Source: Cyanidioschyzon merolae (lineage: Eukaryota). Taken from it: a stretch of DNA of 64,000 nt. Below, piece by piece: positions 55,253-64,000 of this stretch. Made by a program: the position numbers and the translations under genes. Location of the stretch: the NCBI GenBank assembly GCA_000091205.1, contig AP006497.2; one strand, written 5' to 3'. The notes below the pieces were generated by a model that saw only the letters and a program-made list of their open reading frames with translations, searched no databases and was not told the origin of the DNA. Numbering within the stretch: the stretch's first letter is position 1; every line of letters starts with the position of its first letter.

Positions 55253-57406
55253 GTGCTCAGCTCTGTGCTCGACATAGCAGCTGCAGTTTTTGCAATGTTT
55301 GATACGGAAAACGGCATCGTCTATACCATTGAAGAAGCCGATCCTGAACAGCTTTCGTCAACGATAGAACAGGAGAGCGATGCCTCATCAGCTAGTGAAC
55401 TCTCCTTCGCTGCAGAGTTTTTCGACTGGACAGGTCCGGAGGCGCTAGTAGAGAACGCTGCCTCTCGTCGAAGATCGGAGTCTGAACAAGCACGCGTTGA
55501 CCGGGACCCACGCCACGAAACTCCTGAACACAGAGCTAATCACCACGTCACCGATTCTGGTGAAGGCACCAAGCCTGACAGCAACGGCACCGATGCGCAT
55601 ACGGCGCTCGCTACTCATGATCGTCTGAAACCGCTTGAGAAACGCGTTCATGCTGCTAGCGCTACAAAGCATTCCAGCCCAGAGGCGAAAGTTGATACCG
55701 TCCGACAAAGCGAGTCTTGGGCGGCGCTTGCGCTCTCGCCTCGCATGCTACGGGTCGTCGAGTCGCTGGGCTGGATGCAACCAACTCCTATTCAGGCCCA
55801 AGCGATACCGGTTGCACTCGCTGGACGAGATGTGCTCGGATCTGCTGTAACGGGCTCCGGGAAGACGGCAGCCTTCCTGATCCCCATTATCGAGCGTCTG
55901 TATCGGGCGCAGCGTGCCGATGGCGTACGCTTCGCCGCTGATGCCTCACAGACTGCAGCTATACGCGTTCTTATCGTCTTACCGACTCGTGAACTCGCAG
56001 TCCAGTGTCATGCGGTGCTTGAGGCAATTTGCGATCGTACGGCGAGGGAAAGTGCACGCCGGATGAAGCAGGGCGTCGCAAAGTTCGTTGGCACGCCCGA
56101 GCAGACGCGCCTTCGCTCCGTGCTCCTAGTCGGTGGACTAGCGCTGAAACCGCAGGAACTCGCGCTGCGCCATGTTCCAGATATCATCATTGGTACCCCG
56201 GGGAGAATCATTGATCACGCTCGAAACGCTCCAAACTTCACTCTCGATGACGTTGAAATCCTGGTACTCGATGAAGCAGATCGATTGCTGCAGATGGGCT
56301 TCATGGATGAACTGCGAGAGGTGGTTCGACTATGCGCGGCGAGTGCGCCCTATCGACAGACGATGCTGTTCAGCGCGACACTGGACGCTGGTGTTGAGGA
56401 ACTGGCTCGTTTCGCGCTCGCGCCGGATCGAGTTGTAACGGTTCGCGTGGATGCTACGTTTGATCTCGTTGGAACGCTTGTCCAAGAGTTCGTGAAACTG
56501 CAAATGCCCGAAGTTCTCGTGGAGCCGGCACAAGATACGCGCGATACCCTGACGCACGCCGAGCAAGTTGTGCAGACTGAGCGCGCCGCGTTATTGCTGG
56601 CGCTCTGTTCCCGCAGCTTCACCCGCCGAGTCATTGTTTTTTTCGCCCGCAAAAGGACTGCACATCTCTTCAAAATTATCTTTGATCTCGTCGGACTACG
56701 TGCCGCGGAGTTGCACGGGAACCTAACCCAGGCGCAGCGCCTTGATGCATTGGAGGCCTTTCGCACCTGCACCAATGCAGATTTTCTGCTCTGCACCGAT
56801 CTCGCAGCGCGGGGCCTCGATATCCACGGGGTAGAAACGGTGTTGAATTATGAGTTGCCGAAAGATATTCGGGAATACGTCCACCGGGTGGGCCGCACTG
56901 CACGCGCGGGTAAGCATGGTCGGGCAGTCTCGATATTCCAACAGACAGACCGGAAGGAGCGTCATCTGCTGCGACGCTTGCGGGAGCAGGCTCGACGATA
57001 TCGGGTAGATGCTCTCCGGGGAGATGCACCTGTACCCGCTCCTGTTCTCCTTGAACGTCGAATACCTGCAACGGTGATCCGGGAGTGGCGTGATCGGCTG
57101 CATTCCCTCCTGGATAGCGTTCGAGAGAAACTGCGACAGGAACGGGAGCATCGGGAGCTCGAACGTGCTGAACGGCTCGAGCGAAAAGCGCATAATCTTC
57201 TCATCCATGAGCAGGAGATATATGCACGACCGCCGCGAACTTGGTTCCAGAGCAAGGCCGAACGAAAACGTGCGCAGATGGTTGATCAGGAACCTGCCTC
57301 GAAGGAGCGTTCTGAACGTTCTAATTCTCACAAACACGATAAGGTGCGGAAGCGCAAGCTGGTAACAGCGACAAATCGAGGTGCGCACAACCGGAGTAGG
57401 ATGTGA
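55253..57406 (+). CDS. DRS1: DEAD-box ATP-dependent RNA helicase of the Drs1/DDX27 type (nucleolar 60S biogenesis helicase), 717 aa, with an acidic N-terminal and a basic C-terminal extension
   Basis: Q-motif/motif I PTPIQAQAIPVALAGRDVLGSAVTGSGKTAAFLIPIIERL (the GSAVTGSGKTAAF variant is typical of Drs1/DDX27), PTRELA, VLDEADRLL, SAT, LLCTDLAARGLDI and HRVGRTARAG. The C-terminal K/R-rich tail is also like Drs1. Confidence 0.85.
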   Translation: MLSSVLDIAAAVFAMFDTENGIVYTIEEADPEQLSSTIEQESDASSASELSFAAEFFDWTGPEALVENAASRRRSESEQARVDRDPRHETPEHRANHHVTDSGEGTKPDSNGTDAHTALATHDRLKPLEKRVHAASATKHSSPEAKVDTVRQSESWAALALSPRMLRVVESLGWMQPTPIQAQAIPVALAGRDVLGSAVTGSGKTAAFLIPIIERLYRAQRADGVRFAADASQTAAIRVLIVLPTRELAVQCHAVLEAICDRTARESARRMKQGVAKFVGTPEQTRLRSVLLVGGLALKPQELALRHVPDIIIGTPGRIIDHARNAPNFTLDDVEILVLDEADRLLQMGFMDELREVVRLCAASAPYRQTMLFSATLDAGVEELARFALAPDRVVTVRVDATFDLVGTLVQEFVKLQMPEVLVEPAQDTRDTLTHAEQVVQTERAALLLALCSRSFTRRVIVFFARKRTAHLFKIIFDLVGLRAAELHGNLTQAQRLDALEAFRTCTNADFLLCTDLAARGLDIHGVETVLNYELPKDIREYVHRVGRTARAGKHGRAVSIFQQTDRKERHLLRRLREQARRYRVDALRGDAPVPAPVLLERRIPATVIREWRDRLHSLLDSVREKLRQEREHRELERAERLERKAHNLLIHEQEIYARPPRTWFQSKAERKRAQMVDQEPASKERSERSNSHKHDKVRKRKLVTATNRGAHNRSRM

Positions 57407-57672
57407 ACGGGTGCGGTGGTGGTATCCACGGCTTTGTACTCAGTCGCATGGTTGTGTCGATTCTGTTTAAGCAGCTTTGGCAAAAGCCAAAACGAGCGTG
57501 TTCATCGTTCAACCACGATTTCTTAGCCCGCAGCGACTGAAAGCAACTGGGCGCGCTTTAGGTTTCCGCGGCAGCGACGGGCGAGTCGCTTCACGACGCT
57601 TCGTTCAGTTGCAAGTCGAGCATCCTGTGGTCTGTGCACCTGGGATAGACTAACGCCGTGGAGGATGCGGAA

Positions 57673-58715
57673 CCACGCTGCAGCTGGTAAAAAGAGGTAC
57701 CTCCAAAGACGCTGATACTCTCCGCTAATCGAGCTACAAGACATGCTCTGCAAAGAAGAGCTAGGAAGGGCTCTTGCAGTATGCTGCAGCTGGTAAAACG
57801 AGGTACCTCCAAAGACGCTGATACTCTCCACTAATCGAGCTACCTAGACATGCTCTGCAAAGAAGAGCTAGGAAGGGCTCTTGCAGTATGCTGCAGCTGG
57901 TAAAACGAGGAACCTCCAAAGACGCTGATACTCTCCGCCAATCGAGCTACCAAGACATGCTCTGCAAAGAAGAGCTAGGAAGGGCTCTTGCAGTATGCTG
58001 CAGCTGGTAAAACGAGATACCTCCAAAGACGCTGATACTCTCCACTAATCGAGCTACCTAGACATGCTCTGCAAAGAAGAGCTAGGAAGGGCTCTTGCAG
58101 TATGCTGCAGCTGGTAAAACGAGGAACCTCCAAAGACGCTGATACTCTCCGCCAATCGAGCTACCAAGACATGCTCTGCAAAGAAGAGCTAGGAAGGGCT
58201 CTTGCAGTATGCTGCAGATGGTAAAACGAGATACCTCCAAAGACGCTGATACTCTCCACTAATCGAGCTACCTAGACATGCTCTGCAAAGAAGAGCTAGG
58301 AAGGGCTCTTGCAGTATGCTGCAGATGGTAAAACGAGATACCTCCAAAGACGCTGATACTCTCCACTAATCGAGCTACCTAGACATGCTCTGCAAAGAAG
58401 AGCTAGGAAGGGCTCTTGCAGTATGCTGCAGATGGTAAAACGAGATACCTCCAAAGACGCTGATACTCTCCACTAATCGAGCTACCTAGACATGCTCTGC
58501 AAAGAAGAGCTAGGAAGGGCTCTTGCAGTATGCTGCAGATGGTAAAACGAGATACCTCCAAAGACGCTGATACTCTCCACTAATCGAGCTACCTAGACAT
58601 GCTCTGCAAAGAAGAGCTAGGAAGGGCTCTTGCAGTATGCTGCAGCTGGTAAAACGAGGTACCTCCAAAGACGCTGATACTCTCCGCTAATCGAGCTACC
58701 TAGACATGCTCTGTA
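57673..58715. repeat. Tandem satellite, 107-bp unit x ~9.7, with at least three unit subtypes arranged non-randomly (higher-order structure)
   Basis: The period is 107 bp (atgctgcagctgg at 57781, 57888, 57995 …). Variant positions co-vary: gaggtacc, gaggaacc or gagatacc; ccactaat or ccgccaat; acctag or accaag; cagctgg or cagatgg. It fills most of the 1.4-kb spacer between DRS1 and the next gene. Confidence 0.9.
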
Positions 58716-58806
58716 GCGATGATCCAGCTGGCGCCCCTACACCTAACTGTATCCCCAGCTGTGGAGCGGAGCACCGCTCGAGCGACACCAACCTGGAACT
58801 CGCCGC

Positions 58807-61800
58807 ATGCACCTGCCAGCGCATCCCGTGAACAACTTTTATCGGATTCTAGCGCCTGGAGTGCGAACCGACACGTCCTGCTCCAGCCGAACACTTTCGA
58901 GGAGAGGTTTTGCGTTGATGGACGCTGATTTTCCCGAATGGGAAGCTCCAGCGGTCAGCCTCTTCGATTGTTTGCTCCAGGGGTGTCACGAGAACCCGAA
59001 CGGTCGTTGTGTACGCTGCGAGAACAGCGTCGGGTGTCCTGTCGCCTCCGTTTCTTCGGACGGCTGGCTGGCCTACGCACAAGTCAGAGCGTACGTGGAT
59101 CGCCTTATCGCATACCTGCAGAGCGAGCCATTGAAACTGACTCCAGGGAAACGCGTTGCCGTTTATAGCGTGTTTCGGTGGGAGGTCTCGATCGTTCTTA
59201 GCGCGGCGAGCTTTCTGCAACTGCCCGTCGTGCTCATCGACGCACACGAAGACGTCTCCTTTGCTCGTGCGCTACTCAATAACCAATGTGTTTCACTTCT
59301 GTTTCTTGGTCAGGAACAGAACTGCGAGGAACTCCAGAGCTATGCAGGTAGGTGTCTGCTTTTGGGAGCGGCGGCTCTAGACCTGCCGTCGCAGCCGCCG
59401 ACACTATTCTCGGTACTGCAGGTCGACACTGCCCCGGAGGTCGTGACATCTGGGCAACCTCGTCGAAAAGACTCCGTCGCGCTGATCATGCCAACCGCGG
59501 GCATGACAGGTCCACGACGAGTCATCTGCGTAACCGAAGAACAGCTAGCCCAAGCCGCACATGCGCTAGCCCCGTTGCTTCAGTATACATCGTCGGATGT
59601 AGTCTGTTTTCTGACATACTCCATATTTCATCCATTTTTTATTGTACATATCCTGCTGTTATTCCGAGCTGGCGGTGCCTTTGGAGCCGAACTCCAGACA
59701 CTCGACAATATACGAAAAATGCGTACAACCGTGCTTGTTGGCCCAGGTGCTATACTATCCACATTCTATGAGCTTCTCCGCAAAGAGGGTGAAAAGCTTC
59801 GCGGACTTGCGCGTCGCATCTTTGCGCTGCTCGTGGAGCAACCTCCATTGAATCAATGGGACCCAAAAGCGGCGCTGAAGAGCACGCGAACAGGCATCGC
59901 GCGCTCGGTGATGCGCAGCATCCGCGACCTCTTCGTGCCCCAGTATCGCCTGACGGTCAGCGGCATCTCGCGACTCGCCGAGGACACACGACTCTGTCTG
60001 GAGCGGCTCCTTCTGGAACCTGTACTCGATGTATACGGGCCATCGGAGTGGGCTGGCGTGTGTCTTGCTCGAACGCGCAAACGAGAGCATGACGAATGGT
60101 TCTGTATCCTGAGCAGTCCCTTCAACCGTCTGGGCCGTCTCTCGACACTCATGCGTCAGGGCGAACATACGGCGTACGGCGAGCTGCACCTCCATATCAA
60201 CGGAAAATGGACAGCGACGGGGGATCTCTTTCGTTTCATCATGAACCGGGGTCCAAGTGACCCTGAAGCACCGCAATGGCGAGCGCTCGCATTTGTGGAT
60301 AGGATCTCGAAGATCGTGCTTTGTGCAGAGCACGGTGCGAACGAGTTGGATACCTCTTTGGTGGAGCCAATTGAGCTTTCTCCACATGAGAAACAACCGC
60401 CGTTTCTCTCACTGAGTCTCATGGAACGGGCATCACAGCGCAGTGCCTTTGTTCGACAGTGCTGGATCTCGTTTGAGGCACCACAGCGTCTCATGGTTCT
60501 TCTGGTTCCCGTCCGCGACATGGTATGGAAATGGCTACGAATGCGACAATCCGCGAATGGCACTGCACTCGTGCCGTCCAGAGACGCGCTTTCGGTCGAG
60601 CCGATGCGAGATGTCTGCAACGACGCCCTGTTCCAGGAGGCTGTTGTGTGCGACCTGCGGCGCGTGCTCGTCAACTGTCGTGCCATCAGAGACGAATGGT
60701 TTGATGCGCTCTCCTGGGAAATCTATTTTGAGCCACAACTCGATGCGGGCTGCTTCGATTTGGGCTTCACTCCGCGCAACCGCCTCTTAACACCGTCGTT
60801 CGAATTGAGAACGAAATCACTTCGTGCCTATTATGGGAAAGAGCTTGGTATTCCGGTGCCGAGGGCCTCGCTGGAGCGCGGTGCGTTACTCGCAGAGCAG
60901 CTTGATGAGGAGGGCAGGCTCTCGGAATCCTCGAATAGCGACGAATTCGAATCAGACATAGGCGACGAGCCGGAGACTGCAACCGCTTCGAGTCTACAGC
61001 GATGGCTTTTGACGCTCTGGTCGGCTTTGCGCGCTGACCTCGTCGATCCTGTTTTGAATGCTGATGAAGAATGCATCGAGCATCGCTCGTTTTGGGGACG
61101 CATATTTCACCGTCAGCTAGTCACGTCCGATTCCGCCGAAAGGGCAACTACGCGAAGCACGCGAGAGACCTCAGCTGGTGAAGCTGCATCCACCAGCATA
61201 CCTCGCACAGACCCCGATCCAGATGGTGCTTCAAAAGGCCCAGCACCCGCTCAGGAGATAGGCTGGATCGCACGTTTCTGGCGATCAGCGGGCGATCCTG
61301 GTCTCAGCGAGCGTCCCCCGGTGCATTTGCCACGCTTCGCGAGCCTCGATGCTGACCTGCCCGATGGTGCTTGTTTGCCGCTGTTGCATTCGACGCGAAA
61401 TACTGGTCGACGACAAAGACAAAAGGCGCACGATGGACGGCTACGTAGCCGTGATGGTGGTGCAGCTTCAGGGCACTCGCGATGGCGCCTCGGTCGATTG
61501 TGGAACACGTTGGTCCATGAATCGCCAGATCACGACTGTGTGGATGCTGGTGCTGCTACACAAGTTGATCGTGGAGCGGGCGACGGGGCGGATATGGTGG
61601 GAGGCCTCACGGCATCGGGCGCCTCAGAAGCTGCAGCGCAGATGCCTCGATGGCGGCGCTGGTTGCACGTCCCGAGAGTCACAGCGTCAGGCGTGTGCGG
61701 TGCTCCCCAAATGAACGAGCACATGAGAACGATTCGGAAAGGGCGTAAGCGGAACCGCTATGATCACCACTCTGCCGAGTCGCTTTCCATATCTGATTCT

Positions 61801-62085
61801 GAGATAGCACGGCGATTTCAGCGCCCGTGGCGGAAGTTTCCTGTACAGTTCCATGCAGCGGCTGCCGGTCGCATTCGGCAATGGTGGACGGGCCGCGACT
61901 CCAGTGACCGGCACGTGAACGCGAGCGTCACTAGCATTCGAGAGCACAGTGATGATCACTGCATCGCAAGTGCTTCAAATGCCACTGAGCAAGGAGTTTG
62001 TACAGAGACGAGTTCGAATGTGAGCGCGGTAGATTCGCTTTCAGAGAACTACCAGGGATCCATGCGTATTCAAGGTCTTCCATGA
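58807..62085 (+). CDS. Acyl-CoA synthetase-like (AMP-binding/adenylate-forming) protein with a variant P-loop and a ~400-aa low-complexity C-terminal extension, 1092 aa
   Basis: Collinear adenylate-forming motifs: IMPTAGMTGPRRV (in place of [ST]SGTTGxPKG), DVYGPSEWAG (YGxTE), WTATGDLFRF (TGD) and DRISKIVLCAEHGANELDTSLVEPIE (DRxKD…GE.V.P..IE). The ORF continues about 1.2 kb past the last motif without a stop, which is unlikely by chance at this GC content. Confidence 0.65.
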   Translation: MHLPAHPVNNFYRILAPGVRTDTSCSSRTLSRRGFALMDADFPEWEAPAVSLFDCLLQGCHENPNGRCVRCENSVGCPVASVSSDGWLAYAQVRAYVDRLIAYLQSEPLKLTPGKRVAVYSVFRWEVSIVLSAASFLQLPVVLIDAHEDVSFARALLNNQCVSLLFLGQEQNCEELQSYAGRCLLLGAAALDLPSQPPTLFSVLQVDTAPEVVTSGQPRRKDSVALIMPTAGMTGPRRVICVTEEQLAQAAHALAPLLQYTSSDVVCFLTYSIFHPFFIVHILLLFRAGGAFGAELQTLDNIRKMRTTVLVGPGAILSTFYELLRKEGEKLRGLARRIFALLVEQPPLNQWDPKAALKSTRTGIARSVMRSIRDLFVPQYRLTVSGISRLAEDTRLCLERLLLEPVLDVYGPSEWAGVCLARTRKREHDEWFCILSSPFNRLGRLSTLMRQGEHTAYGELHLHINGKWTATGDLFRFIMNRGPSDPEAPQWRALAFVDRISKIVLCAEHGANELDTSLVEPIELSPHEKQPPFLSLSLMERASQRSAFVRQCWISFEAPQRLMVLLVPVRDMVWKWLRMRQSANGTALVPSRDALSVEPMRDVCNDALFQEAVVCDLRRVLVNCRAIRDEWFDALSWEIYFEPQLDAGCFDLGFTPRNRLLTPSFELRTKSLRAYYGKELGIPVPRASLERGALLAEQLDEEGRLSESSNSDEFESDIGDEPETATASSLQRWLLTLWSALRADLVDPVLNADEECIEHRSFWGRIFHRQLVTSDSAERATTRSTRETSAGEAASTSIPRTDPDPDGASKGPAPAQEIGWIARFWRSAGDPGLSERPPVHLPRFASLDADLPDGACLPLLHSTRNTGRRQRQKAHDGRLRSRDGGAASGHSRWRLGRLWNTLVHESPDHDCVDAGAATQVDRGAGDGADMVGGLTASGASEAAAQMPRWRRWLHVPRVTASGVCGAPQMNEHMRTIRKGRKRNRYDHHSAESLSISDSEIARRFQRPWRKFPVQFHAAAAGRIRQWWTGRDSSDRHVNASVTSIREHSDDHCIASASNATEQGVCTETSSNVSAVDSLSENYQGSMRIQGLP

Positions 62086-64000
62086 AGAATCGCGTTGACA
62101 GAGAGGCATGGAGGCAGACAGTGGTGCATTTCGCTATGGCAGCCGATCCTAGTGCATCCAGATTCTGGGCACGGTTTGCAAAGGGACCTACTTGGGCGAC
62201 AAGTCGGGTAGATGCCATTATTCATCTTTCGCATGGTTGCGAGTATTGCATTCCAGACGGTCTTTATGATCGTATGAAACGAAATGTTAATGTGACGGTG
62301 GCAAAATCTCATGGCGTCCTACAGTGTACGCAGAGCAGTGCTTTTGGATACACATGTGTGAGCGCGCTCCCTTTTTTGTTGTTGTTTTTCGAGTAGGTAT
62401 TCAACAAAATGGGTGTATCCATAATATTCGAGAGACGTGGCCGGAACACGTGAAGCTACCCCTTGAAGCTTGTGGAAAATGGATTCACTTGCTCTAGAAA
62501 GTTTTGTCTAGGCTTAATAGGTGGGTGAACCATGTCTCTTTCAGGTCTGGTTGCGAGCGTCATGGACCTAAACAGACCATGTCAAACATAATTCACGCAA
62601 TTGGCCCCTGGTCAGTACGTATCACTCCCGATATTCTCTACGACCTATGACAAAACGCCACAGGATGTGAGGTTCACACAAGGATCATACTTATAATCAT
62701 GCATAGACACAGATGGAGGGAACAAAGCATGCCTTGATGTGCGATTCGTGCATATTGAACAATACACGATCGATTCGGGAGTGAAATGCGAACGCCTGAT
62801 ACAAGAGCGAAAAGCGTTCGTCTCAGTTGATGAGAATGTCCTCACGCGAAATGATAGATATGGATATGGGGATCGAATGGATGACAAAGCGCTGTTCCTA
62901 AGGAAGAGACAAGCCAGCATAATGACATCTTCGGTAATAGCGACGACTTAGCCGTGTGAAGGCCTACAAGACGCGTCAAACGGAAGATATCGCTCAACAC
63001 CAGAACCGTCGTTGAAGCAGTTCTTGCCTGCATTGTCCCGTATTCGGCGGTCATGCTCCTGCTCAGCGCGACTTCCCGTTGTTCCAAAGCGGTCGAGGTG
63101 TACGCAGCTGACGTTGGTTTTGCGATACTGCACTTGCGAACATCTCCTCCCTGGTTCCGTTCAATCGACGGCGTATGCTGTCTTGTCGAACACCATCTCT
63201 ACGACGGCGTATACGTAGACGAGTCATTCGCATCTGGAACATCAAAGTTCTTCGAGGAGTCGTACGCGACCTTCACCAGTCCTGAACGGGCCTGTTGCTC
63301 CTCTGCACATGCGTAGGAGCGGACGGAGCGGCGCGCTTCGGTACGTGAGCGTGCTCGCGACAGCAAAGGCCTAAACCGTACATGAGGAATTGTGTTCACT
63401 GATGCATCGAAGAGAAGGGCACCATTGCCAACGTCTACTCAGGTCGTCTGATTTCCGTTGACTCAATGGGCTTGGAGTGGAGCGCCCACGCCTACGCAAA
63501 CCTGAAAACTCACGGAGAAGGCGAAGCGGTAGAAGGGGAAGAATGTCACCTCACAAGCAACAGTCAGTTGCTTTCGAAAACAGCACAAGGAGAGATCGGA
63601 AGGAAAACTGGTTGTTGCGGGGAGGTCACTCTGGACGCAGTGTCAACGCCTCGCTATGACGACACGTCAACGGGGAGGATCCTCCAAAAAACGAGTTTCG
63701 GGACGCCATGAAGTCTCTCGAAGCTTTCCTCATCTTGATGCGCATCGTCAAACACTTGTGCTTAGGCGAACCGGACGCACGATTTCGGTCTCCCGTACAC
63801 TTCTTGGGATTTGCTCTATCCATCCGGCATGCGGCAACACAACTGATACCCAGGCCAGAAGATGCAACACCGCCTGATTGTAGGATAAGAACGTTGAAAA
63901 CGCGCTCTCGAGGATAGCTTGCGGCGTCGCCGTGCCACCTCGGCGATGAGCGCGTCTACGACGCGTTTGCGGAAACTTGTGAAACTAACCTCCGCATCCA

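Noticed and set aside
57673-58715. A possible CRISPR array, because of regularly spaced repeats.
   Set aside because: The units are contiguous with no unique spacers, the period is 107 bp, and the context is eukaryotic. This is a satellite or minisatellite.
1-64000. A prokaryotic operon or defence-island interpretation: HNH nuclease, PNK-like kinase, AAA-ATPase, MutL.
   Set aside because: The neighbouring genes are unambiguous eukaryotic housekeeping genes (RRP5 with HAT repeats, eS28, UCH37, DRS1, eukaryotic-type AdoMetDC proenzyme). Genes alternate strands with roughly 0.3-1.5-kb spacers and LINE-type retroposons are present. The nuclease and kinase are therefore treated as eukaryotic and possibly organellar proteins.

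Overview
This window reads as a GC-rich (about 55-60%), compact, essentially intron-free eukaryotic nuclear locus. Long single-exon housekeeping genes sit on both strands. Those I can identify from motifs: S-adenosylmethionine decarboxylase, quinolinate phosphoribosyltransferase, UCH37 deubiquitinase, ATAD1/Msp1 AAA-ATPase, the 2038-aa rRNA-processing protein Rrp5, ribosomal protein S28e, a PMS2-type MutL homolog, a Drs1/DDX27-type DEAD-box helicase, an acyl-CoA-synthetase-like protein, a PNKP-type polynucleotide kinase, a bacterial-type HNH endonuclease and a GST-like protein. The gene content and strand switching exclude a prokaryotic or kinetoplastid origin; an oomycete or other stramenopile-like protist is plausible but unproven. 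The accessory content is larger than expected. (1) A 5'-truncated, frameshifted LINE-like retrotransposon at 1733-4888, plus two further 5'-truncated copies of its 3' end, one bounded by a perfect 18-bp target-site duplication. (2) A non-coding interspersed repeat family of about 1.1-1.3 kb ('X') present six times as three diverged subfamilies: A at 9646 and 20963, B at 14791 and 23986, C at 46865 and 54193, each as a near-identical pair. A and B form inverted pairs that each bracket a single gene; both C copies sit directly 5' of plus-strand genes. (3) A 388-bp inverted repeat pair (E) flanking a 5.7-kb block that contains the HNH endonuclease and GST genes. (4) A 107-bp tandem satellite (about 9.7 units, with subtype structure) between two genes, several smaller minisatellites and tetranucleotide microsatellites. 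(5) A candidate 36-codon upstream ORF in the AdoMetDC leader. All protein calls rest on motifs I read in the supplied translations; no database search was possible.
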